Origin: an uncultured Gemmatimonadales bacterium
GTDB taxonomy: Bacteria > Gemmatimonadota > Gemmatimonadetes > Gemmatimonadales > GWC2-71-9
Assembly (NCBI GenBank): GCA_963739455.1
Contig: CAVUAK010000001.1
Coordinates: forward strand, 672,001-736,000
DNA length: 64,000 nt
Direction: 5' to 3'
Positions within the stretch are counted from its first letter, which is position 1. Each line of letters opens with the position of its first letter. Position numbers and translations under genes: made by a program. Positions 39,682 to 49,299 of the stretch are shown piece by piece. The notes beneath the pieces are model-generated. The model was not told the origin of the DNA. It was given only the letters and a program-made list of their open reading frames with translations, and searched no databases.

Positions 39682-41199
39682 ATGCTTGCGTTCCTGCTTG
39701 CTACAGCGCTGGTCGGCACCAATCCCTCGGTGCCAGTCTCCGTCACCCTGAGCCAGAATGGACGCTACCTGCCCGGATCCGGGGTGCAGGTGACGGTCCA
39801 GCCCGGGGCCGACGGCTACCTGCTCGTCCTCAATGCCGATCCTGATGGGCGAGTGCGGGTTCTCTTCCCGCTCGACCCTACTGATGACGCGTTCGTGCGC
39901 GGAGGCAGGAAATACCAGCTGGAGGACCGTGGCGGCCGGAATACGGCGTTCGTGGTGGACTGGTCGAGTGGCAGCGGCACCATCTTCGCCGCGCTCTCCA
40001 AGGATCCGCTGCAGCCAGGTGACTTCGCACTCAACGGTCACTGGGACTACCGGAACCTGACGCTCAGCAGCGACGACGACGAGGTGGCCCTGCGCACCTT
40101 GGCGGAGCGGATCGCGCCGAGTGGCGTCCAGTACGATTTCTCCAAGTATTTCATCGGCGCCACGGATGTCGGCTTTGATGGCAGCCAGGGTGGCTTCGAT
40201 GGCGGCCAGACAGTGGTGAACGTTGGTCTCGGCGTTGGCTGGGGCATGGGCTGGGGAATGGGCATGGGATGGGGGTGGGGCGGCGGCTGGTGGGGTCCAG
40301 GATGGGGCTGGGGATGGGGTTGGGGCCCGGCCTGGGGCTGGGGTCCTGCCTGGGGTTGGGGACCTGGCTGGGGATGGGGTTGGGGCCCGGGATGGGGTTG
40401 GGGTGGCGGTTGCTGCTGGGGCGGCGGCGGTTGGGGTGGCGGCTGGGGAAATACCGCCGGCGCAATCACGCCGTATCGCTCGCGTGAACTGACGCGGACG
40501 TGGGGTGGTCAGGCGCATCCCGGTGCGCAGCCAGGAGGAGTCGGCGTGCAGGGAACGCTCTCGGGCGCGACCTCGACAACCGGCGGCTATCGTGATCGAA
40601 GCAGCAGCGATCCGGGAGTGCGCGGCTCGCTGTCGAACCCGGCGACGTCTTCGAGCAGGCGCCAGCCAGGTGCGGCGACAACGTCCAGTGCCGCACCTGC
40701 CGGTGGCGCATCACGACGGATGTCGGGCGGCCAGTCGGCGGCGAGCAATGCGAGTGGCGCAACCGCGCCCCGGGGTGACCGTGCTGCCGGTTCGCAGCAG
40801 GTGGCCATGGGCACGGGCAGACGCCAGACAAACGCACAGGGCTACCGTGCGCCGCTTCGCGGTGCGGGCGCCGCGTCAAGTGACATGGCGCGTCGTTCAG
40901 GTGGTGCCGCAGCGGGCAGCTACTCCGGCCGCGCAGGGACGACGGGTGGATCGCGCGCATACGGCGGAACGCGAAGTGGCGGCAGCAGCGCAGGGCGCAG
41001 CAGTCTTGGCTATGGCAGCCGGGGACCGAGCGCGTCGGGGAGTCGCGGGTATGGCGGGTATGGCGGATCGCGCGGCGCGTCCGGCGGCGGGATGTCGCGG
41101 GGAGGCGGCGGTGGCGGCGGTTCCCGAGGATTCAGTGGCGGCGGGGGCGGTGGTGGCAGGAGTGGCGGTGGCGGTGGTGGTGGCGGTGGACGACGCTAG
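39682..41199 (+). CDS. Secreted DUF4384-like protein with WG-repeat block and Gly/Ser/Arg-rich tail
   Basis: AGGAGG RBS; DGYLLVLNADPDGRVRVLFP; WGWGP repeats; low-complexity C-terminus. Confidence 0.75.
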   Translation: MLAFLLATALVGTNPSVPVSVTLSQNGRYLPGSGVQVTVQPGADGYLLVLNADPDGRVRVLFPLDPTDDAFVRGGRKYQLEDRGGRNTAFVVDWSSGSGTIFAALSKDPLQPGDFALNGHWDYRNLTLSSDDDEVALRTLAERIAPSGVQYDFSKYFIGATDVGFDGSQGGFDGGQTVVNVGLGVGWGMGWGMGMGWGWGGGWWGPGWGWGWGWGPAWGWGPAWGWGPGWGWGWGPGWGWGGGCCWGGGGWGGGWGNTAGAITPYRSRELTRTWGGQAHPGAQPGGVGVQGTLSGATSTTGGYRDRSSSDPGVRGSLSNPATSSSRRQPGAATTSSAAPAGGASRRMSGGQSAASNASGATAPRGDRAAGSQQVAMGTGRRQTNAQGYRAPLRGAGAASSDMARRSGGAAAGSYSGRAGTTGGSRAYGGTRSGGSSAGRSSLGYGSRGPSASGSRGYGGYGGSRGASGGGMSRGGGGGGGSRGFSGGGGGGGRSGGGGGGGGGRR

Positions 41200-41259
41200 G
41201 GCAGGCATGAGGGCGAACCAGCACGGTTCGCCCTTTTGACATCCCTGTACATTTCACGC

Positions 41260-41700
41260 ATGCCTTCCCTCGACACCGTCATCGCTCGTTTCCGCAGCGC
41301 CGACCGCAACACCCGGCTCGAGACGCTGCTCGATTACTCACGCAAGCTTCCACCACTCCCGCCGGAGTACGAGGCGCTCAAGGCCGAAGGGAAGAACCTC
41401 GTCCCGGAGTGCCAGACGCCGGTGTATCTCTGGATCGGTGTCGACCACGGCAAGGTGAGCCTGCATGCCGACGTGCCGCGTGAGTCTCCCACCGTACGCG
41501 GATTTGTGGCGCTGCTGCTCAAGACGCTCGACGGTCTTTCACCCGCTGAAGTCGCTGCCGTGCCGGGCGACCTCCTCGACCAGATGCAGCTGACCGAGAC
41601 CCTGGGGATGATGCGCACCCAGGGCCTCACGTCCATTCTCGGGCGCATCAAGCGCTCGGTGGCGAACCCCACCTTGCAGGACGCCAGCCCCGGAACCTGA
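41260..41700 (+). CDS. sufE: SufE family sulfur-acceptor protein
   Basis: RLETLLDYSRKLPPLP, VPECQTPVYL, ESPTVRGF. Confidence 0.88.
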   Translation: MPSLDTVIARFRSADRNTRLETLLDYSRKLPPLPPEYEALKAEGKNLVPECQTPVYLWIGVDHGKVSLHADVPRESPTVRGFVALLLKTLDGLSPAEVAAVPGDLLDQMQLTETLGMMRTQGLTSILGRIKRSVANPTLQDASPGT

Positions 41701-41926
41701 TGTAGTACCGTCAAACAGTTCCGTTGCGATTACTCAGCGCGCAATGCCTTGCAGTTGCGGTAGCGGCCCGGCAATCTGCTGTCTCATAACTACATATTCA
41801 ACAAAGTTTTAGGTTGGCCTGCGGCCACGCCTGAAACGCTCACCGCCAACTGCTGCAGTCCGGCGCGCTAGATGCATAGTAGCCTGTAGAGTTCAAGCTC
41901 TATACATCAACCATCGAGTGCTGGAC

Positions 41927-43345
41927 ATGTATCGAATCCGCCGGGAAACAGGCGAGGAAGTGAACTTCGGCTCCATCGACGAGCTCGGCGCTGCCGTGGC
42001 TTCCGGGGTGGTTACGGCCAAGGCCGAGATCTTCCACGCTCGCGCAGAGAAGTGGCTTCCGATCGCGTCGCATCCGCACTTCAAGATGGCGCACGACCGG
42101 ATCAACAGTGCGACGGCGCCACGGGCAACATCGAGCCAGCGTCCGGCGCTGAGCGCATCGGGACAGCGACCGGCGATCACGGTGCCCCAGGTGAATGCGC
42201 CGGCCCCGGCGCCATCGACCAGCGTGCCTCGCACGCAGGCACCCCAACTGCGCGTGATGCGACCGGACGCACCCGCAGCACCGGCGACCACCGCGACGGA
42301 AGCGGCAACGCAAAAGCCGGCGCCAAGGTGGAACAGTGCCCAGCGTCCCGCGGCGCGTGCGGTGGCCCCGAAACCATCGGCACCGACAGCGCCACCGGCC
42401 AACGACCTGCGTCTCGTGCGCGCGGACATTCGGCTCACTGGCGCGGCCACCGCTCCTGCCTTGCCCGAGGTGGAGTTCGAGTTGTTGCCCGAGATCGAGG
42501 AACCGGCAGTCATCCAGCCCGCCCCGACACCAGCCGTCGTGGTCGAGCAGACCCTCGCTGAGATTCCCGTCGCCCAGTCGGCCGTCATCGAGCCGGTCCC
42601 GGTCGAGCCGGTCGCGTTCGATCCTGCCGTTGTCGAAGCGATGGCTGAACCCGAATTGGAGACGACGGTGGTCGAGCGTTCACCGGCCTCCGTTGAGCTC
42701 GTCTCGCACGAGCAGAAGCCGAGCGCTCATCGCGGCGAGGTGGAGATCATCAATCCCGACCGGTCGATGCCGGTGGTGAACGACAGGGAGATTCCGGCCC
42801 TCGAAATCCCGGCTCCGATCCAGGACTTCGCGCAGAATGAGCCGCCGGCAGCGTCGGCGGCCAAGGCCTCGAAGGCACCGCTCTTTATCGGACTTGGCCT
42901 GGCCGCGGCCGTAGCGGCAGGGATTGGCTACTTCGTCCTCAAGCCGTCGAGTGCGGCGCCCCCGGCGCCGACCCCGACGGTGTCGACCGCGACGGTGTCG
43001 ACCGCCAAGCCGACACCGGTCAGCACCGCTCCAGCCGCGTCGCAGCCGGCACCTGCGCCGGTGGTGGCACCAGCGCCGCCCACGGGCGCGTCAACGGGTC
43101 TCGGTGGCGATGTACAGCCGCGGAAGCCGAAGGCGAAGCCGTCGGACGATGCGAAGGCAACGGTGGGCGACGGCCTCGAGCCACCGCCGGAGGAGGTCAT
43201 GCCGGCCGCGCCGAGCATTGGCACGCTGGGCGACAACGCGGCACTTCCTACGGTTGATGCGGGGGGAGCTTCACTGAAGATGGTGGACCGCGCCAACGCC
43301 CTCGAGCGGCAGCGGCGGCTGATCGATTCGAGCATGAAGCACTAG
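41927..43345 (+). CDS. Hypothetical Pro/Ala-rich single-TM protein
   Basis: Small N-terminal domain (EKWLPIASHP), long low-complexity region, TM LFIGLGLAAAVAAGIGYFVL. Confidence 0.65.
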   Translation: MYRIRRETGEEVNFGSIDELGAAVASGVVTAKAEIFHARAEKWLPIASHPHFKMAHDRINSATAPRATSSQRPALSASGQRPAITVPQVNAPAPAPSTSVPRTQAPQLRVMRPDAPAAPATTATEAATQKPAPRWNSAQRPAARAVAPKPSAPTAPPANDLRLVRADIRLTGAATAPALPEVEFELLPEIEEPAVIQPAPTPAVVVEQTLAEIPVAQSAVIEPVPVEPVAFDPAVVEAMAEPELETTVVERSPASVELVSHEQKPSAHRGEVEIINPDRSMPVVNDREIPALEIPAPIQDFAQNEPPAASAAKASKAPLFIGLGLAAAVAAGIGYFVLKPSSAAPPAPTPTVSTATVSTAKPTPVSTAPAASQPAPAPVVAPAPPTGASTGLGGDVQPRKPKAKPSDDAKATVGDGLEPPPEEVMPAAPSIGTLGDNAALPTVDAGGASLKMVDRANALERQRRLIDSSMKH

Positions 43346-43971
43346 ACGACCCGGCCTGACAGCACTTCCATCGTCGTCACCAGCTTCACCCCGCGGCGCT
43401 CCCAATCCTTGAGGAGCGCCGCGCCGCTTTCGGGATTGATGGCGCGCGTGGCATCCGTGACGAGGTGAATCCGGGCCATCGGCCGGTGGAGCAGGAGTCC
43501 CTCGATCGCAAACCGGTTGCATACGTCGAGTGCCACTCCGTACAGCACGATGTCGCTCGGGTCGAGCAGCTGGAGCAGTGGCACCACGTGAGGATTGGTG
43601 AAGACATCAAACCAGTGCTTGTGCAACAGGAAATCACCGTGATGCCCGCGCACACCGGCCGGGATGGGCAGGCCGGGTTCCAGCACCAGCGGATCATGCA
43701 GGGTGGTCTCGGGGATCTTGCGCTGACCCGGCGTGCCGCGCATGCAGTGCTCGGGGAACGACTCCTGGAAATCGGGTGCGTTGCTGAGCTCCCGGTGCGC
43801 CGGCTCATGGTCATCGGCGCTGGCCACGATGCGGATACCGCGAGCATGGGCATAGGCGGTGAGTGCCGCGAGGTTCGGAATGATCGCCTCGCTATCACCC
43901 ACGTAGAGCTTCCCGGTTGCACGCATGAAATCGTGTTGCGTATCCACGTCCCAGAACAACGCCCCGTTCAT
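43342..43971 (-). CDS. pncA: Nicotinamidase (isochorismatase family)
   Basis: VDTQHDF, FPEHC, K, GVALDVC; overlaps the phosphoribosyltransferase stop. Confidence 0.8.
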   Translation of the reverse strand: MNGALFWDVDTQHDFMRATGKLYVGDSEAIIPNLAALTAYAHARGIRIVASADDHEPAHRELSNAPDFQESFPEHCMRGTPGQRKIPETTLHDPLVLEPGLPIPAGVRGHHGDFLLHKHWFDVFTNPHVVPLLQLLDPSDIVLYGVALDVCNRFAIEGLLLHRPMARIHLVTDATRAINPESGAALLKDWERRGVKLVTTMEVLSGRVV

Positions 43972-45032
43972 GAAACGGGCTCCAGGCGAGGGTTGGGCCG
44001 ATAACCGCGGCCGACCTTGGCACAGGGCTTTCCATCGAGCAGCACTACGTCGGCCGTAAAGTCGAATCGGCCCTCGAAGAGTGACGAACCCACACCGTAG
44101 GCGTCTACCGGCACGGCGAGGCGCTCGAACTCGCGGATCTTGTCGACCGTGAACCCACCCGATACCACGATGCGCACGTTGCCGAACCCGCGGCTGTCCA
44201 GCGCGGCGCGCACGTTCTCCACCAGCCGGGGATTGACGCCGGTGGGGCGGAAGCGCCCCATCTCCTCGAAGAGTGACCGGTCCACCAGCATCTCGCTGGT
44301 GTCGATGCGCACGCCATAGAGCCGCTCGCCCAGCGCCTCGGCCACCTCGAGCGCGGTGCGCACGCAGTCGTTCTCGAAATCGACGAGCGTGACCAGTCGC
44401 ACCGAGGGCGGCATGTACTGGGCGAACTTCTGCGTGGCGCGCACGGTGTCGCCACCATACGCCGCGATGAGGGCATGTGGCACGGTGCCTACCCCCTCGC
44501 TGCCCCACCAGCTGGCTTGCGCATCGGTGGAGACACCGATTGCTCCAGCTATGTGTGCGGCATACCCGTCACCGGTCTGGACCAGCCAGTGGTCGTGCCG
44601 GGCAGGAAAGAACATCACTTCCTTGGGTGCGGCCGCTTCCACGACCCGGCGGGTGTTGGTGCCGACCTTGGTGCGGCGCGCCAGCACACCGAGGTACAGC
44701 GTCTCGAGCTGGGCGAAGGTGTCGTAGGGACCCTCGATCAGCAGTACCGTCTCCCACGGCTCCACCGCGTCACCATCGTGCAGTGCGTGCACGACCAGGT
44801 CGGGCCAGCGATCGCAGCATAGCTTGAGGATCGCGATAGCCTCATCGATGCCGCCGAGGAAGGCGTGCTGCTTGCCGAACACCTGCATGGTGACGTGGGG
44901 GCGGTCGCCGTCGGCCTGGAGAATTTCGCGGGTGCGGACGAAGTACTTGTCGGAATAGTACCCGGCGCGCATCCGCTCCACGGGGAGATTGAAAATGGCA
45001 GGATCGAGCCGTCGGCGGCGGGGTTCTGTCAT
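43968..45032 (-). CDS. pncB: Nicotinate phosphoribosyltransferase (QPRTase-like fold)
   Basis: SDKYF, ETLYLG, GTVPHAL, GVRIDTS, VSGG, YGVGS. Confidence 0.82.
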   Translation of the reverse strand: MTEPRRRRLDPAIFNLPVERMRAGYYSDKYFVRTREILQADGDRPHVTMQVFGKQHAFLGGIDEAIAILKLCCDRWPDLVVHALHDGDAVEPWETVLLIEGPYDTFAQLETLYLGVLARRTKVGTNTRRVVEAAAPKEVMFFPARHDHWLVQTGDGYAAHIAGAIGVSTDAQASWWGSEGVGTVPHALIAAYGGDTVRATQKFAQYMPPSVRLVTLVDFENDCVRTALEVAEALGERLYGVRIDTSEMLVDRSLFEEMGRFRPTGVNPRLVENVRAALDSRGFGNVRIVVSGGFTVDKIREFERLAVPVDAYGVGSSLFEGRFDFTADVVLLDGKPCAKVGRGYRPNPRLEPVS

Positions 45033-45171
45033 GCGTCCTCGGGGGGAGAAGTGGCAAGCGACCGAACTTAAGGCGCGCAAGAAGGCGGCGGCAAGTTGAC
45101 AGGGCGTGACGTGCTCCCTAAATCCCGTGGTCGCCAGCCGCACCTCATCCCGCATCCCAGGACGCCCACGC

Positions 45172-46220
45172 GTGACTGAGCACCCTTCTCGACGTTCGTT
45201 CATCGGCACGGCCGGCAGCCTCGCCGCTGTCATGGCGCTTCCGGGGTTCGGGAGACCGATGTCATTCAGGCTCCCTTCGTCCGGCGAGCGCCTGCGGCCC
45301 AGCCGGTGGCGATCAGCTCCGCCAACAGCCTGGCACCAGTGACGCGCACTGCGGAGCTGGTGCTGCAGGGAACGGACACGCTCGATGCGGCGGTGGAAGG
45401 AGTGAAGATCCAGGAGCTCGACCCGAAGGACGATTCGGTGGGCTATGGCGGGCTGCCGAACGCCGATGGTGTGGTGCAACTCGATTGCTCCTGCATGCAC
45501 GGCCCGACGAGGCGCGCGGGAGCGGTGGGGGCGCTCGAGGGAATCAAGACACCAAGCGAGGTGGCGCGGCTGGTCCTCAAGTACACCAACCACATCCTGC
45601 TCGTGGGTGAGGGAGCGAAAAAGTTTGCGCTGTCATACGGGCTCAAGGAGGAGGACCTGCTCACCCCGGAGTCACGGCAGAAGTGGCTGGTATGGCGGGC
45701 GAATCGCGGGCCGGACGACGACTTCCTGCAGGTGCCCGACAACGAGCCGATGGTGGTGCGCCCCACCGGCACGATCAACCTCGATGTGGTGAATGCGGCA
45801 GGCGACATCTCCTCCATCACCACCACGAGCGGGCTGGCGTGGAAGATTCCCGGGCGCGTGGGTGATTCGGCGATCGTGGGCGCGGGCCAGTACACCGACA
45901 ACGAAGTCGGTGCCGCGGGATCGACCGGGCGGGGCGAGTCGAACATCATGGCATGCGGCGGATTCCTGACGGTGGAGGGGATGCGGCGAGGGCTCAAGCC
46001 CACCGATGCCTGCCTGGAAACGCTCAAGCGCACGGTCGCGATGTCGCCGTCGCGGCTGATCGGCGCGAATGGGCGACCCACGTTCGGGCTCACCTTCTAT
46101 GCGGTGAACAAGAAGGGCGAGTTCGGCTCGGCGTCGATGTATCCGGGCAAGTTCGCGGTGCATGATGGCAAGGAGGCGCGCTTCGCTGATTGCGCGTACC
46201 TGTTTGAGAGAAGCAAGTGA
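45172..46220 (+). CDS. Tat-exported Ntn-hydrolase, glycosylasparaginase family (frameshift near 45300)
   Basis: SRRSFI Tat signal; SVGYGGLPN, GTI, TTSGLAWKIPGRVGDS, STGRGE. Confidence 0.88.
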
Positions 46221-47413
46221 GGGAAGCGTCGGCAGTCGGCAGTCGGCAGTCGGCAGGGAGTCGGAAGTCAGCAGTGGCAATGCTGCTGCTGGCCATCGCT
46301 TGCTTCGCACCGCCCGTGGCGGCGCAGAGGGTCGAGGCAAAGCTGAGGGATCCGGGACAGTGGCTCACCAGCTACTACCCGTTCATCGCGCTGCTGCCAA
46401 ACAACGGGCCGACCATCGAAATGCGCGCGCAGCACTGGCAGATGGCGCCATACGGCGGCCCGGTGACGGCGGCGGTCCTGTTCAAGGGGCGCGCGGCATG
46501 GGCTCCATGGGGCGGGAGCTGGCTGGTGAACTTCGGCATGAATGCCCCGCTGCTTCGGCCTGGCTGGCGGCTCATGGCCGATATCCGTGCCGGCAGCGAC
46601 ACCCGCTACGGGTTCTATGGCTTCGGCAACACGAACGACATCGATCCCGACCTCACCAGGGATTCGGAGCCCTTCCTCTACCGGGTGCAGCGAAACCTCT
46701 ACGCGGCGACAGTGGACCTGACGCGCAGGATCACGGGCCCGCTCGGCGCCTCAGTGATGTTGAACGGCAGCATTGCCGACTACAGCTCGCTGTCGCCCAC
46801 GTCAACGTTCGAGCAGGTGGTCGGGTCCGACCTCAACCAGGCCGAGGGGTCGGTGACGGGTGCGCTGGTACTCGACCTTCGCGACAACGAATACGACACG
46901 CGGAAGGGACTGCTCGCTGAGGCGGGAGGCCAGTTCGGGATCTCGGACAACAACTACACACGGTGGTACGGCATTGCGCGCGGCTGGCTGCCGGCGACGA
47001 AGACGACGGTCGTCGCAGCGCGCATCTTCGTCTCCAACATGACTGGTACGCCGACCCTGCTGGCGCAGCAGGTGCTGCCCGGATGGGAATCACCCTACGC
47101 CGTGCTCGGCAGCGAAGAATCGCACCGGGCCCTTCCCTACGGCCGCTTCACTGGCACCGGCCTGCTCGGCACCAACCTCGAGGTGCGCCAGGGGATCATC
47201 ACCAAGGGTGAGTACGGGGCGCTGGGCGTGGTGCTCTTCCTGGACGCCGGCCGATCATTCGAGAACGATTTCAAGCTGACGTTCGATGAGTGGACGGTGG
47301 GTGGCGGCGGTGGGCTGGTTGTGAGGATCCTGCGGGGCAACGTCTTCATCCTGACCTACGGCATCACCAAGAACGAGAGCCACGTCGGGTTCAGGACCGG
47401 CTGGATGTTCTAG
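46217..47413 (+). CDS. Omp85/BamA-TamA-like outer membrane barrel protein (start 46217 or 46280)
   Basis: Signal peptide VAA-Q; DLRDN, HRALPYGRF, FLDAGR; C-terminal Phe. Confidence 0.7.
   Translation: MREASAVGSRQSAGSRKSAVAMLLLAIACFAPPVAAQRVEAKLRDPGQWLTSYYPFIALLPNNGPTIEMRAQHWQMAPYGGPVTAAVLFKGRAAWAPWGGSWLVNFGMNAPLLRPGWRLMADIRAGSDTRYGFYGFGNTNDIDPDLTRDSEPFLYRVQRNLYAATVDLTRRITGPLGASVMLNGSIADYSSLSPTSTFEQVVGSDLNQAEGSVTGALVLDLRDNEYDTRKGLLAEAGGQFGISDNNYTRWYGIARGWLPATKTTVVAARIFVSNMTGTPTLLAQQVLPGWESPYAVLGSEESHRALPYGRFTGTGLLGTNLEVRQGIITKGEYGALGVVLFLDAGRSFENDFKLTFDEWTVGGGGGLVVRILRGNVFILTYGITKNESHVGFRTGWMF
46228..46279. repeat. Heptamer tandem repeat (GTCGGCA)x4 plus degenerate copies
   Basis: Four exact copies at 46228-46255. 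Confidence 0.85.
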
Positions 47414-47964
47414 TCGTCCTGCTCTGGTGGCGGAAGCGGAGGAGCCGGCCACTCGCCGGTGTTCAGCACTTCACGAATGGTGGTCTCACCGGTGTCGCGG
47501 GCGTACCAGCGGCGTTCCTCCTTCACCTGCTCCGCCGCCGGGATCTTTCCCTTGTTGGCAAGCACCCAGGCCTGCAGCTCCGCCGGCCTCGGACCCCAGT
47601 GGCCGATCTCGCGGAAGTCACCGTCCAGCACAACCACCACTGGAATGGAGCGCGCGCCGTTGGTGAGGTAGCGATCCATGATCTCGGGGTTTGCGTCGCG
47701 CAGGATCAGTCGCAGGCTGATGCCGGGTACTGTCTCCGCGACACGGGCGATGAACGGGACGGTGCTCGAAGTGTCGATGCACCAGTCCTCGGTGATCGCG
47801 AGCAGGTTCAGCGTACGGCCGTCTGCCGCCATTGCCGCCCACTCCGGTGACTTCGCGTTGCGGTAAATGCCCTCCCACAACGGCCGGTGCTGTGGACGCG
47901 CGAGGGCCACGAACTGGTCGAAGGTGAGCGCGCGCTCCCAGACTTTCGCGAAGTCGATCTCCAT
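47410..47964 (-). CDS. Thioredoxin-like protein (Thioredoxin_9 type)
   Basis: EDWCID, RDANPEIMDRYLTNGARSIP, WGPRP. Confidence 0.85.
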   Translation of the reverse strand: MEIDFAKVWERALTFDQFVALARPQHRPLWEGIYRNAKSPEWAAMAADGRTLNLLAITEDWCIDTSSTVPFIARVAETVPGISLRLILRDANPEIMDRYLTNGARSIPVVVVLDGDFREIGHWGPRPAELQAWVLANKGKIPAAEQVKEERRWYARDTGETTIREVLNTGEWPAPPLPPPEQDD

Positions 47965-47967
47965 TGC

Positions 47968-49110
47968 CTACAGCTCCTCGATCACCACCCCGCGCGCCGC
48001 GAGGTCTGCCACGTAGTCCTTGAACGGGACGGCCTCATCGGGGGTGTGCACGCCCTTGAGCGTGACCCGGCCGTCGGCCTGCATCTGTCCGGTTATCGAC
48101 AACGAGTATGCCGTGCAACGCATCATGGCAGATATGCCGTGCTCGGCGTCGTAGTAGTCGATGAGCCGGAAGGTGACCTCGGCCTTCTTTCCGTCCTTGA
48201 TGCCCGAGACCTTGACCAGGAGGGCGATGAGGTCCTTGCCCTGCGGCTTGTGCAGCTTGGGGTGCACTGCCGCGATGAACACGTCGCGCGGCACGACCTG
48301 CTGACCCTTCACCGTGATGGGTGAGTTCTCCAGCAGGCCGAGCTCGCGAATGGGACGCATGATGGCGACGTGACCGGGATAGCGCAGCGTCTTGTACTCC
48401 ATGGCGTCCACCTGGCCCTCGTACTTGAACGGCAGCGTGCTGATCCCGCCCGCAGTGTGAAATGCCTCGAGGCTGCCGACCGGCCTGGGGAACTCGACCG
48501 TCTCCAGCTCACTCAGCGCGTCCACCTGCGCCGGCTTGCCGCCGCGCAGCACCCACGATGGCGTCGTGTAGTAGTCGAGCGCGCCCTCGAGGGAGTAGAC
48601 GATCTGGTAGTTGAGTGGAGGCTCGGGGTTCTGCGGCAGGCCCCCGACGTAGATCCGCACGCGCTCCGTCTTGTCGAGCCGGCGAATCCCCTCCGCGGCG
48701 AGGATGGCCACCATGCCCGGTGCCACACCGCAGTCCGGGATGATCGAAAGTCCCTTCGCGGCCGCGGCGGCCTGGAGCTTCTTCTGCTCGAAGACGATCT
48801 CGGTGTTGCCGCCGAGGTCGCTGAAGTGGCAACCGCACTCGACGGCGAGCGCGGCCATCGGGCCGTTGAAGTAGTAGGGCAAGGCGCTCATGACGGCGTC
48901 GTGTCCGGCCATGACCTTGCGCACCGCGGCGTGGTCGGAGCCGTCGAGCTGCTTCAGGACGAGCTTGTCGCTTCGCACTCGCTCGAGGAACGGTGGAAGG
49001 AGATCAATGTTCAGGTCGGCGAGGGTCACCTGGGTGACGCCGTCGCTGTGAAGTAGGTCGTAGGCGCAGGCTGATCCCTGCAATCCAGCGCCGAGGACGA
49101 GCATCTTCAT
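47968..49110 (-). CDS. Saccharopine dehydrogenase / lysine 6-dehydrogenase family
   Basis: LGAGLQG, SDLGG, CGVAPG, VGGLPQ, YKTLRYPGH. Confidence 0.9.
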   Translation of the reverse strand: MKMLVLGAGLQGSACAYDLLHSDGVTQVTLADLNIDLLPPFLERVRSDKLVLKQLDGSDHAAVRKVMAGHDAVMSALPYYFNGPMAALAVECGCHFSDLGGNTEIVFEQKKLQAAAAAKGLSIIPDCGVAPGMVAILAAEGIRRLDKTERVRIYVGGLPQNPEPPLNYQIVYSLEGALDYYTTPSWVLRGGKPAQVDALSELETVEFPRPVGSLEAFHTAGGISTLPFKYEGQVDAMEYKTLRYPGHVAIMRPIRELGLLENSPITVKGQQVVPRDVFIAAVHPKLHKPQGKDLIALLVKVSGIKDGKKAEVTFRLIDYYDAEHGISAMMRCTAYSLSITGQMQADGRVTLKGVHTPDEAVPFKDYVADLAARGVVIEEL

Positions 49111-49272
49111 TCGGAAGCCTGCCTATGAGATAAAAGCCTGAGATAACTGGACTTACGAAAGCCCATGAAGATAGCCAAGCGGCCCGGTTGACTCAACGGG
49201 AAGGGGTACCGCGTGAGGAGGAAAGGCGTCGACGCAAGTAGGAAGAGACGCCGCGTGACATGGCCCTTGTGA

Positions 49273-49293
49273 GTGAGGGCTCACCATTAGATT
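49273..49293 (+). promoter_or_regulatory. Putative TetR operator and -10 box of a leaderless tetR
   Basis: Palindrome GTGAG-GG-CTCAC (49273-49284); TAGATT (49288-49293) 6 nt before ATG 49300. Confidence 0.6.
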
Positions 49294-49299
49294 GCCTCC

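Noticed and set aside
40237..40449. CRISPR array or DNA-level repeat element
   Set aside because: In-frame coding repeat with synonymous variation, no unique spacers and no cas genes.
43342..45032. pncB-pncA pair as a novel system
   Set aside because: Standard NAD salvage pairing.
45760..45790. Gly-Thr rather than Asp-Thr at the Ntn autoprocessing site
   Set aside because: Gly-Thr occurs in active family members such as E. coli IaaA, so it is not unusual.
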